IMG/VR virus record: IMGVR_UViG_3300017700_000437
Location: 1 to 49,632 of that record
Direction: 5' to 3' (one strand)
Source: a virus
Taxonomy: Duplodnaviria; Caudoviricetes
Length of the DNA stretch: 49,632 nt
Both the position numbers and the translations under genes were made by a program. How positions within the stretch are numbered: position 1 is the stretch's first letter; each line of letters begins with the position of its first letter. Positions 1-8,669 of this stretch are shown here, piece by piece. The notes below the pieces were generated by a model. That model was not told the origin of the DNA and searched no databases. It saw only the letters and a program-made list of their open reading frames with translations.

Positions 1-123
1 AATGCCGCGGATGTCGAGTCCCTGGCAGAAGTGGTCGCTGATGCACAGCAATCGTTGGTACGCGAGCGTAATCCTGATCTGTTCCGGGATTTTATTGCTC
101 GGCATACTGACGCTGAGATTGGG
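1..123. repeat. Terminal direct repeat, left copy (circular assembly overlap)
   Basis: Bases 1-123 are identical to 49510-49632, and the repeat lies inside a continuous reading frame. Confidence 0.95.
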
Positions 124-3100
124 GTTAGTGGCGATGTGGTTGCAGCGCTCTATGGCGACAAGCGACCCATGCCGGATGATGGATTACTCGGCTGGGTCCC
201 AAACATCGAACAGCAACTCAACCTTGCCCGGGCGTCTGGTGATGACATCTCCATTCCCCTAGCGGATTGGGTGGCGAGGGTTGAGCCCGATGTGATGAAG
301 GCGTTGCAGGAGGATATCCGGGTGAGGCCCGGTGCGATCACGGCACGGGAGGCGCAGCTAGCCGCGGAGGCTCAGGCTGAGAGTGCAACTCCACCGCCGA
401 TTCCGCTGCCTGAGGAAGTCGCGGTCATCCGTGCTGCGTCCGCGCTTGAGCCGCTGTACTCAATCGGTGACCGCAAGGTTGCCTTGCAACGGATGGAGCA
501 GAAGAAATCCCCAGAGCAACTAGCCGCTGAGAATGGCCGCGACTGGAATGACATGGGCGCGTATGAGCGCCAGCAATATGAGGAAGCTGGGACCAGATTC
601 GGCCCCGCGCAAGGCTTCCATGACTTCACCTTGCATGATGAAAAGGGCGGCCTTATTGGGGCGCTTAACATCTCCATGCAGGATGGTGGGAAGACGTTGT
701 ATGTCGATAACATCTACGGTGTGAATGGCCTAGGTCCGCGGGACTTCGGCCCGGCGCTGATGCGCGATTTGCTTCGCCAGATCAAGGCCGAGTTCCCTGA
801 GGCCACCGCGATAAAAGGCCACCGTGTCTCTGGCGCTCGTGAGGCCGCGGGCAAAGAGATGACGATGCCTGAGGCAGTGGTGAAGCTTGATGTCAACGAC
901 ATTGAGGGCTTCCAAGGCATCCTTGAGGGTGGTCAATGGGAGACCTATTCTCCAGCCATCCAAGGCTATGTCGTCCCTGATGCGCTGCGCAGCGAACAGA
1001 CCTCCGCGATAGCCAACGCCGTCATCGACGAACTCGACCGCATCGTGCCGAAGAAGGTGGCGGTTGAGACTCCTGAGACGCTCAAGGTCACAGCCACGAT
1101 CCCAGGGCAGAAGGCTGGGGAGCCGATCCGCATTGGCGGGGCGTATATTCGCTATCGCGATACCTATCCGATTATCCTCGCGGCGTTGGATGCTGACAAC
1201 GTTATGTTCACGGCACGGCACGAGGCCATCCACCATCTGCGGCAGTACGGTTTCTTCAAGCCCGACGAATGGGACACTCTTCAGGCCGAGGCCCTTGCCA
1301 ATAACTGGTTCAAGAAGTACCGAATCGATGAGCGCTACCCCAACGCCAAGCCCGATTTGAAGCTTGAGGAAGCCATCGCTGAGGCATACCCGAAGTGGGT
1401 TGAGCAGCAGGAGGCCCTACGGGCTCGTGCGGATTCGATCCGGTTGCCTGACTCCCCGCTCGACGCAATCTTCCGCCGCTTGAAGGAATTCTTCGACGCC
1501 ATTCGGGATCGCGTTTCGCAAATCCTTGGTAAGCAAGCCACATGGGAAGACGTGTTCAAGAAGGTGGACACAGGTGAGGTCGGGCGCCGAGAGGGTACTC
1601 AGCCAATTGATCCCAACGCATTCGACGAGCGTCTTCAAGTCGAAGACAAACCCCCAGCCGACCCAAGCCGTGTATTCGAACGTGCCAATGCCCTCGGAAT
1701 GACACTCGATCAGTACAAGCGGTACGAGAAACTCATAGAGAGGCGCCATGCGGAAGATATTGAGGCGACAACCAAGCGCGTTGCCGATGCGCAGAAGCGA
1801 GTGCAGACGAAGGAGTGGAAGGAGAACCGCGCAGCGATCCGCTCACAGGTTGTGGACGAGATCAACCTTCGTCCAGATATCGCTGCTGACAATTATTTCG
1901 CTGACGGTGTACTGTACGGTGAGAAGGTTGAGCGTGTTAAGTTCGGCACGGATTTTCTGACGGAGGAACAACGTGCAGCACTTCCGCGAGATTACTACAA
2001 CAAGGCTGGCGCTAGTCCTGATGATCTTGCGCCTTTGTTTGGTTATCCTGACGGCGCTAGCCTTGTTGCTAATCTTTCGTCCCTGAGCGAAGTGCGGCGG
2101 ACCTCGGGGATGCGCCCGATTGAGTTCAAGCGGCGGATGATTGATATCGAAACCGATCGGCAGATGCGGCTGAAGTATGGGGTGCTGGAAGACAACATCC
2201 TCGACGCGGTGAAGGAACAGGTTGCGAGCGAGACGCAGCTGAGCTTGCTCCATGAGGAAACCGTGGCCCTCGGCATGCGCAGCGGCGAAGCTCCCGCATA
2301 TGACAAGGCGACTATTCAGCGGATCGTGGCGGATGAATTCGAGGCGTCCTCATCGACCTCGGTCAGCAGCGATCGCTACCTTGCAGCCGCTGGCCGGGCT
2401 GGTAAGCTGGTGGAGAACCTGCTGCTCAAGCAAGACTATGCCGGCGCATTCCGCGAGAAGCAGCGCCAGTTCTACGCCACCCTCTTGGCGAAGGAGGCCG
2501 TGCAATTCGAAGCTGCCGCAGCGAAGTTCGAGAAGCTAGCGGCGCGGCTCACTAAGCGTGAGGTCAAGGCCGTAGAGCCAGAGTACCTCGACTTCATCCA
2601 CGGCTTGCTTGGCGAAGCTGGAGTGCCAGTCAAGCGCAGCATGGACGAGGTCATGCAGTCGAAGGAATACTATGGCCACTCGGATATGGCCACCTTCGTG
2701 GCGTCGAAGAACGCTGAGGGCTGGGACCTCGCGGTGTCGGACACGTTGCAATCCGGTCCTGCCAAGCCAATGGATCAGATGACCGTCGGCGAGATGCGGG
2801 AGTTTATGGACGCAGTAACTTCACTGAACCACGTCGGTCGTGCCGTTCGTAAGATCGAGATCGCTGGCGAGAAGAAGGAATTCGCGGACTTCCGCGCCGA
2901 GGTGGTGCGAAACATCCAAGAGCTTCCCGCGCGTAGCCGCGAATCGCAGAACAATTGGTTCTATAAGATCGATGCCAGCTTGACCCGGATGGAGGAGATC
3001 GCTAAGGACCTTGACCTGCGGAAGGAACTCGGGCCGCTGCATCAGGCCGTGATCGAGCCGATGATGCGGAGCAAGGCCAAAGAGTTCGACCTCATGACCG

Positions 3101-4923
3101 ATCTCTCGAAGCACTTCCAGGAGACCCGTGGAACATTTGACCACACGTGGCGGAAATCACTTGACGACACTATTGCGCAGGATGTGTTGCACGACCCCTA
3201 TACTGGCGCTGCCTATGATATGACCCGGCAGAACCTGATCCAAGTCATGCTCAACTGGGGCAACCGCAGCAACATTGGCAAGTTTGTGAATGGCGCCGCT
3301 ATGGCCCGGTTCGGGCGGCGCCTAAGCAAAGAGGAGTTCCCGACATACGAAGCTCAGATCAAGGCCTTGATCGACAAGCATGCCACCGCGGAGGATTGGG
3401 CCTTCGTCCAGCGCATGTGGGAGCCGTTCAAGTCCTGGCAAGAGCAAATGCAAGACGTATCCCGTAGTACCAGTGGTGTGGCCCCGAAGCTGATCCCGAT
3501 CACTCAGGTGGAGACGCCACATGGAACATTCCCCGGCGGGTACTGGCCCGTCAAATACGACAAGCTCGGCAGCAACGCCGCGGTCATCGCGGACCGCAAA
3601 CCGACCGAAGATGGCGTCTTCGGCGGTGACTACTTCCGCGCCGCGACCGCGAAGGGCTACCTCAAAGAACGCACCGGCTACGTCGACTTCGTCGATATCT
3701 CCACATCACTCGAACAAGCTGCTGGTACGATGCAGCAAACCATCCACGACATTGCCTTCCGCGATTCGCTCATCCAAGCCGGTCGGGTGTTTTATGACAA
3801 AGGCATTCGGGCTGCCATTCGCAAGCATTATGGCGCTGAATATGAAGCGCAGTTGGTGCCATGGCTGCGACGGATCGCTCATCAATTCTCTACGGACGAC
3901 TCCTCCATTGCAGGATACAACGATTTTATGCGTCGCGTGCGGATCAATCTGGTCGGTCACGCCTTGCCCCTCAATCTCAAGGTCATCCTCTCTCCTGATG
4001 TTGGCGTGCCTAACCCCCGCGCCTGGGCTTCGTATCTGGCTAACCGTTCCGAGAACACCAAGCTAGCGATGGAGAAGTCCGATGAAATCCGGCACTTGGT
4101 TTATAACATGGATCGTGATTTTCGGGAGTCTTTGGATCGGGTCACTCTCGATCCTACTGTGGGAGATTTGCAGAAGAAAGCGGTCCAATGGGGCTTCGTC
4201 CCCATCGCCAAGGTCTCACAGGAATTTCGGATTAGCACCTTCGTCGACCAATATCGCAAAGCCCTTGGACGAGGCAAGACCGAGCAGGAAGCTGCATTGA
4301 TCGCGGACTCCGCGGTGCGTGAGCGTCATGGCGCCGCGAGTGTGGTTGACTTGCCGAGCGTGATGCAGTCGAATGAAGGCATGAAGATGTTGACGATGTT
4401 CTACGGATACTTCAACACGATGTATAACTGGCAGCGGCAGTTGCCGGGGAATGTACGTCGTGGTGAGGGCAAGAACTTCGCGGTGAATGGGCTTGGGTCG
4501 GTGATTGTGGGTGCCGCGTTTGGTGCCGCTTTGTTTAACAATCGAAAGCAGGATGACTCATGGTTCAAGATCATAGCGAAAGCATTACTGCTCCAGCCCT
4601 TATCGACGATTCCGGTTTTGAATACCGCTGCCGCATATGTGGCCGAGGGCTATGCCCCGAGAACGCCCATCGCCTCATTGTTGGGAGCGGCAGGGTCCAT
4701 ATATACCGATGTAAAGAAATATGCGAAGGGCGATCGTCTTAAGACCATGAAGCCAGTGCAGCACACCGCGAATGTAGTAGGTCTATCGACGGGCTTGCCC
4801 CTCGCACAGCTTGGCCGCACAGGGCAATTCGCCACCGATGTCGCAACAGGGCAGCAGCGGCCGAAGAACATCACTGAATGGGCGCGGGGAATCATCACTG
4901 GCGAAGCTAAACTCAAACGATAG
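1..4923 (+). CDS. Large internal virion/ejection protein of polyvalent type, 3' part (true start 48748; ~1,894 aa in total)
   Basis: Frame 1 is continuous with the ORF starting at 48748 across the join. It is the last gene of the ejection-protein block. It contains a GNAT-like segment (LYVDNIYG...FGPALMRDLLRQI) and a zincin motif HEAIHH...EEAIAE. Confidence 0.8.
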   Translation, partial: NAADVESLAEVVADAQQSLVRERNPDLFRDFIARHTDAEIGVSGDVVAALYGDKRPMPDDGLLGWVPNIEQQLNLARASGDDISIPLADWVARVEPDVMKALQEDIRVRPGAITAREAQLAAEAQAESATPPPIPLPEEVAVIRAASALEPLYSIGDRKVALQRMEQKKSPEQLAAENGRDWNDMGAYERQQYEEAGTRFGPAQGFHDFTLHDEKGGLIGALNISMQDGGKTLYVDNIYGVNGLGPRDFGPALMRDLLRQIKAEFPEATAIKGHRVSGAREAAGKEMTMPEAVVKLDVNDIEGFQGILEGGQWETYSPAIQGYVVPDALRSEQTSAIANAVIDELDRIVPKKVAVETPETLKVTATIPGQKAGEPIRIGGAYIRYRDTYPIILAALDADNVMFTARHEAIHHLRQYGFFKPDEWDTLQAEALANNWFKKYRIDERYPNAKPDLKLEEAIAEAYPKWVEQQEALRARADSIRLPDSPLDAIFRRLKEFFDAIRDRVSQILGKQATWEDVFKKVDTGEVGRREGTQPIDPNAFDERLQVEDKPPADPSRVFERANALGMTLDQYKRYEKLIERRHAEDIEATTKRVADAQKRVQTKEWKENRAAIRSQVVDEINLRPDIAADNYFADGVLYGEKVERVKFGTDFLTEEQRAALPRDYYNKAGASPDDLAPLFGYPDGASLVANLSSLSEVRRTSGMRPIEFKRRMIDIETDRQMRLKYGVLEDNILDAVKEQVASETQLSLLHEETVALGMRSGEAPAYDKATIQRIVADEFEASSSTSVSSDRYLAAAGRAGKLVENLLLKQDYAGAFREKQRQFYATLLAKEAVQFEAAAAKFEKLAARLTKREVKAVEPEYLDFIHGLLGEAGVPVKRSMDEVMQSKEYYGHSDMATFVASKNAEGWDLAVSDTLQSGPAKPMDQMTVGEMREFMDAVTSLNHVGRAVRKIEIAGEKKEFADFRAEVVRNIQELPARSRESQNNWFYKIDASLTRMEEIAKDLDLRKELGPLHQAVIEPMMRSKAKEFDLMTDLSKHFQETRGTFDHTWRKSLDDTIAQDVLHDPYTGAAYDMTRQNLIQVMLNWGNRSNIGKFVNGAAMARFGRRLSKEEFPTYEAQIKALIDKHATAEDWAFVQRMWEPFKSWQEQMQDVSRSTSGVAPKLIPITQVETPHGTFPGGYWPVKYDKLGSNAAVIADRKPTEDGVFGGDYFRAATAKGYLKERTGYVDFVDISTSLEQAAGTMQQTIHDIAFRDSLIQAGRVFYDKGIRAAIRKHYGAEYEAQLVPWLRRIAHQFSTDDSSIAGYNDFMRRVRINLVGHALPLNLKVILSPDVGVPNPRAWASYLANRSENTKLAMEKSDEIRHLVYNMDRDFRESLDRVTLDPTVGDLQKKAVQWGFVPIAKVSQEFRISTFVDQYRKALGRGKTEQEAALIADSAVRERHGAASVVDLPSVMQSNEGMKMLTMFYGYFNTMYNWQRQLPGNVRRGEGKNFAVNGLGSVIVGAAFGAALFNNRKQDDSWFKIIAKALLLQPLSTIPVLNTAAAYVAEGYAPRTPIASLLGAAGSIYTDVKKYAKGDRLKTMKPVQHTANVVGLSTGLPLAQLGRTGQFATDVATGQQRPKNITEWARGIITGEAKLKR

Positions 4924-4932
4924 GAGCAATGG

Positions 4933-5634
4933 ATGCCTGAGGTTAAGATCAAACGAGACTTTTCAATCCCGGCCGCGATTCAATTTATGAACCCCGGGGC
5001 CATGTGGCCTGGGGCAATCGCGACGAAGTGGGGCAGCACCAAGTGGCAATACCTCAACGACGGCACCGGTCAGGGTGGCGGCGGCAAAGGGAATAAGATC
5101 GCCATCTTCGACTCGTGGGTCGACGGGATCGCGGCACAGATGGACCTTTGGCGTTCGTCGAAGAACTATCGAAACAAGCGTATGGAGGATGCCATTGCGA
5201 TTTGGTCCGGCGGGAATAATGTGCCCGCATATGTTTCCTATCTCAAGGCCCGTGTACCGGGGTTGTCTGGCAAGACCGTCATGGATGACGACTTCTGGCG
5301 TGGGCCAATGGCGATCCCGTTCCTCAAGGCGCAGGCCCAGCACGAAGCGGGGAAGAAAATCCCGGCCACCGATGCGGATTACATCGAGGCTCAGCGCCGA
5401 GTTATGGCGACGGAAGCCACCGCGGATATGGTTCCCGCGGTGCCAGCGAAGCCCATCCTGCGTGAGGGTTCAATAGGCGTAGCAGTCAAGGCCCTGCAAC
5501 AGGCCCTAGGCATTCCTGCCGATGCCATCTTCGGCATGCGTACACACCAAGCCGTGCTTACGTTTCAGGACAAACATGGGCTGACGCCTGATGGCATCGT
5601 TGGTCCTCAAACATGGAAGGCACTCAATGCTTAA
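4933..5634 (+). CDS. Endolysin: lysozyme-like N-terminal domain plus C-terminal peptidoglycan-binding domain
   Basis: C-terminal LREGSIGVAVKALQQALG...FQDKHGLTPDGIVGPQTWKAL is a typical PG_binding_1 pattern. N-terminal NPGAM...F.SW.DG. SD AGGAG. Confidence 0.8.
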   Translation: MPEVKIKRDFSIPAAIQFMNPGAMWPGAIATKWGSTKWQYLNDGTGQGGGGKGNKIAIFDSWVDGIAAQMDLWRSSKNYRNKRMEDAIAIWSGGNNVPAYVSYLKARVPGLSGKTVMDDDFWRGPMAIPFLKAQAQHEAGKKIPATDADYIEAQRRVMATEATADMVPAVPAKPILREGSIGVAVKALQQALGIPADAIFGMRTHQAVLTFQDKHGLTPDGIVGPQTWKALNA

Positions 5635-5977
5635 TATCCAACCGAAGCAATGGTTACAAATCATCTCTGGCAGTGTCAGCGGATTGATTACTGGCGCTGC
5701 ATTGCTTAATCCGATCTTTGGTCAGGAAACCTCGCTACAGATCGTGGCGGGCTTGGGTATCTTCAACATCATCCTCAGTTCGATCAGCACTGCACTCACC
5801 GGTCAAGCCCAACTCGTTAAGGACGTCGCGGCCATGCCCGGCGTTGAGAAAATCACCATCAATGAGAAGGCCAATTCCACCCTTGCCTCAGTGGCCGTCG
5901 ACCCCACTGTGGATAAGGTTGCTCCTATCCGCGCCGACATGGATATCGTTACTCAAACCGCGAGAGGAAATAACTAA
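5627..5977 (+). CDS. Putative holin / two-TM membrane protein
   Basis: Two N-terminal hydrophobic segments; start overlaps the end of the endolysin gene. Confidence 0.55.
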   Translation: MLNIQPKQWLQIISGSVSGLITGAALLNPIFGQETSLQIVAGLGIFNIILSSISTALTGQAQLVKDVAAMPGVEKITINEKANSTLASVAVDPTVDKVAPIRADMDIVTQTARGNN

Positions 5978-6378
5978 TGCGTAAGCTTATTGCAATCGTG
6001 ATGGTCACACTCACCCTTGGTGGGTGTGCCCAGCTATCCGCTGTGTCCGGCGGACTTAGCCTCGTCACGAAGACCATCACCAACCCGGTCACGGAACAAG
6101 AACTCTATGCCGTCGAAGCCACAGCACGGGTGCTTGTGGAGGCCCTGTTGGTCTATCGCCGGGCCTGTCTCGCAGGTAGCGCCGACAAGAACTGTCGTGC
6201 TAACATCGAAGCGGTGCAGCCATACACTCGGCAGATCAAGCCCCTGCTGATCGAACTCCGCGGCTTCGTGAAGAACGACGACCAGATCAACGCCGTGGTG
6301 GTATACAACCGCCTCACGTCGCTTTACCAAACCGTGAAGTCCTCAGCCGCCCAGTTGGGCATCCCGCTTGGAGCATAA
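5977..6378 (+). CDS. Lipoprotein, possible outer-membrane spanin component
   Basis: MRK, hydrophobic stretch and lipobox LGGC; located in the lysis cassette; TAATG coupling. Confidence 0.6.
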   Translation: MRKLIAIVMVTLTLGGCAQLSAVSGGLSLVTKTITNPVTEQELYAVEATARVLVEALLVYRRACLAGSADKNCRANIEAVQPYTRQIKPLLIELRGFVKNDDQINAVVVYNRLTSLYQTVKSSAAQLGIPLGA

Positions 6379-6381
6379 GCC

Positions 6382-6600
6382 ATGAACGCAGCAGCGATCT
6401 TCAACATCATCGAGAAGGGGTTGACGGTAATTCCGCTGTTGATCTCTGCGGGGACCACCGTGGTTCCGCTGATCACTCGGCTCAAGGCCGTGCTTAAGGG
6501 TGGAGCCGATGGCACCGTGACACAAACGGAGCTTGAGGCGCTTGAGGCCGATCTTGATGCGGCGCTTGATGAATTCAACTCTCCACTCCCGCCCGCGTAA
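6382..6600 (+). CDS. Small amphipathic protein of the lysis cassette
   Basis: 72 aa, tightly packed with neighbours, SD GGAG. Confidence 0.6.
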   Translation: MNAAAIFNIIEKGLTVIPLLISAGTTVVPLITRLKAVLKGGADGTVTQTELEALEADLDAALDEFNSPLPPA

Positions 6601-6603
6601 GCC

Positions 6604-7008
6604 ATGAACGACAGCGCGGACTACAACCTTCAGAACATTCTCACCAATCTAGCAGTCCGCGTAGGTGAGATGGAGGGCCTGCTCAAGGCCTTCCGCGACA
6701 CATGGCGAGATCAGGACACGGCGGCAGGACTTAGCCGCCGTGTTACTCATGAGTCGATACAATTGTTGAGCCTTCAGGTTGAACGCCTCGCCAATGACAT
6801 CATGCATCTTCAGCAGGACTTCGCGGAGTTTAAGAACGAGGTCGATGATGAGGTGATGCCGCATATATTGACTGGTAGATATGCGAGTGAACGCAAGGCC
6901 GGAGCTAAGGCTGTGATTGGCGCGGTGTATGCGGGGTTGATTGTGCTGATCTCGGCCTTGGCATACATCGCGGATCGAGTCGTGGCGTTCTTCACGCATA
7001 AGCCCTAA
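6604..7008 (+). CDS. Coiled-coil protein with C-terminal TM helix (lysis-associated)
   Basis: C-terminal AVIGAVYAGLIVLISALAYIA; last gene of the plus-strand arm. Confidence 0.6.
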   Translation: MNDSADYNLQNILTNLAVRVGEMEGLLKAFRDTWRDQDTAAGLSRRVTHESIQLLSLQVERLANDIMHLQQDFAEFKNEVDDEVMPHILTGRYASERKAGAKAVIGAVYAGLIVLISALAYIADRVVAFFTHKP

Positions 7009-7034
7009 GTAGCGGACTCCTTGCCACTCCGGAC

Positions 7035-7391
7035 TTACTGAGGATATCCCGCTGCCTTGAAGGCATCAGCCAGGGAGGGGAAGTGCTGGATGCGCTCGTA
7101 TTTGGCGATGGTAAATTCTTCTAATCCGATTGCCAGAACCGGGATGCCAGTCGCCAGCGCAGCCCCGATCTCAACCCACGCACCCTTAAGGACGTCGTTC
7201 GGCTCTCGGTAGCAAATCAGAAAGTCACATTCCGTAGACTCTGTGATGCATCGTTTCCACAGGTCGTTGAGGTCGGCGCTCTCGCCTTCGCCTGCTTCGT
7301 CAATCCACGTCGAGATTATCGGCGCTCCAGCCGCCCGAAGGTCGCGCCACAGAGCCGCGTGTTTCGTCTTGCTTGCAATGTAAATCGTCAT
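7035..7391 (-). CDS. Nucleoside 2-deoxyribosyltransferase-like (NDT fold) protein
   Basis: The pattern IYIAS...ISTWID...CDFLI...GAWVEIGAALATGIPV matches the NDT superfamily, including the conserved Glu. Confidence 0.65.
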   Translation of the reverse strand: MTIYIASKTKHAALWRDLRAAGAPIISTWIDEAGEGESADLNDLWKRCITESTECDFLICYREPNDVLKGAWVEIGAALATGIPVLAIGLEEFTIAKYERIQHFPSLADAFKAAGYPQ

Positions 7392-7433
7392 AGTTCTTTC
7401 CTGTTCATCTGGCGGACAGCCGGCCAGACCGGA

Positions 7434-8669
7434 CTAATGCCTCGTCGCGCTTCGGAACCACCGATGCCCCATCTTGTCCACGCCCTTAGCGGTGATCTGG
7501 CCACTGGCTGTCATGATCTCAATGATGCGTAGGATGCTGTGCATGGGGACCCGGGTCCGAGCGAAGTTGACGATCTGATACTCGGGGACGCCATCTCCGG
7601 TGTCCTTCAGTTGGATGTAGTGGGCGATTTCTTCAAGCGCACGAGAGTCAGTTCCAGTAGAACCCGCAGTGAAGATGTCGGGCATAGCCGATTCGGCTTC
7701 AACAAGCCACCCCATAGCACGATTGAAATCGTCTTTGGTGAGTAGAAGTACGTCACCCCTATCAGCAGCCGAAACCATTGAAAGCTTGTAGAGGTGAACA
7801 CGCCTTCTAGTCTTGTAGTGTAGAAGCTTGGGATGGTTGATGACAGGTGGTTCCCCAAGTGCGCGCCAATTATTAACCGCATCCCGATACTCTGAAGTAA
7901 CCTTAAATTCGCCACTGAGCGCTCCTATCATTTTGATGTCGTGGATGAGGTCATCGGCGAGGCTCCGGCCCTCCTGGGCGAAGTCATCGCCGACGATGCG
8001 TTCGTCGGAGTGGACGAGGATGCACCGTGAGGTGAACCCTTGGTCCCAGGCGGATTCGGGCATGAGTTGGACGAGATTCGATGGTGTTGTACCAGACATG
8101 AGATTAACCTGAGGGTGGTCAATCTTGATCTTAATATCGCGTCCACGTCTAGATTGAGCATAGGGGTCCGGATCATAGAACGCACTGAGTAGGCCGACCA
8201 TTTCATCATCGTATTTATGCATGAAAGCCGTAAGCTCCTCGGCAGTAATGACCGTATTGTTGTATTCGATCGGAGGGTCAGGCAGACGCGCAATGAAGCG
8301 TTTACTAGCCGCAAGGGTATCAACCAAGGCAGCGCCAGTAAGCGATGTCGGGGCGAAATGGAACTCAGGTATTTCATTCATATACCTCTTGGCTACACGG
8401 ATGATTCGGTTCTTGCCCACGCCGGGGTTGCCGACGATGAAGACGTAGAGGTTTGGGTAGAGTGGTGAGGACGTTTGGAGATACGTCTTCATCTCCATCG
8501 CCGCCGCCACGGTGAATATCCCGGCCCACTTACGGAAGAGCAGCGGCGACTCTAGGTTATCGGTGTGCTCGACGAATCGGTCGATCCAAGAGTCCAACTT
8601 CCGCTTGCCGTTTGCGAGTTTCACTCCCGGTGTAGTCTTTGAGTCCTTCGGGGTTTTTGATTGGGTCAT
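7434..8669 (-). CDS. DUF3987-like P-loop ATPase, putative replicative helicase
   Basis: YPNLYVFIVGNPGVGKN Walker A, AEELTAF, GFTSR. The start is reassigned to ATG 8669 because the upstream extension overlaps polA and is low-complexity. Confidence 0.7.
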   Translation of the reverse strand: MTQSKTPKDSKTTPGVKLANGKRKLDSWIDRFVEHTDNLESPLLFRKWAGIFTVAAAMEMKTYLQTSSPLYPNLYVFIVGNPGVGKNRIIRVAKRYMNEIPEFHFAPTSLTGAALVDTLAASKRFIARLPDPPIEYNNTVITAEELTAFMHKYDDEMVGLLSAFYDPDPYAQSRRGRDIKIKIDHPQVNLMSGTTPSNLVQLMPESAWDQGFTSRCILVHSDERIVGDDFAQEGRSLADDLIHDIKMIGALSGEFKVTSEYRDAVNNWRALGEPPVINHPKLLHYKTRRRVHLYKLSMVSAADRGDVLLLTKDDFNRAMGWLVEAESAMPDIFTAGSTGTDSRALEEIAHYIQLKDTGDGVPEYQIVNFARTRVPMHSILRIIEIMTASGQITAKGVDKMGHRWFRSATRH

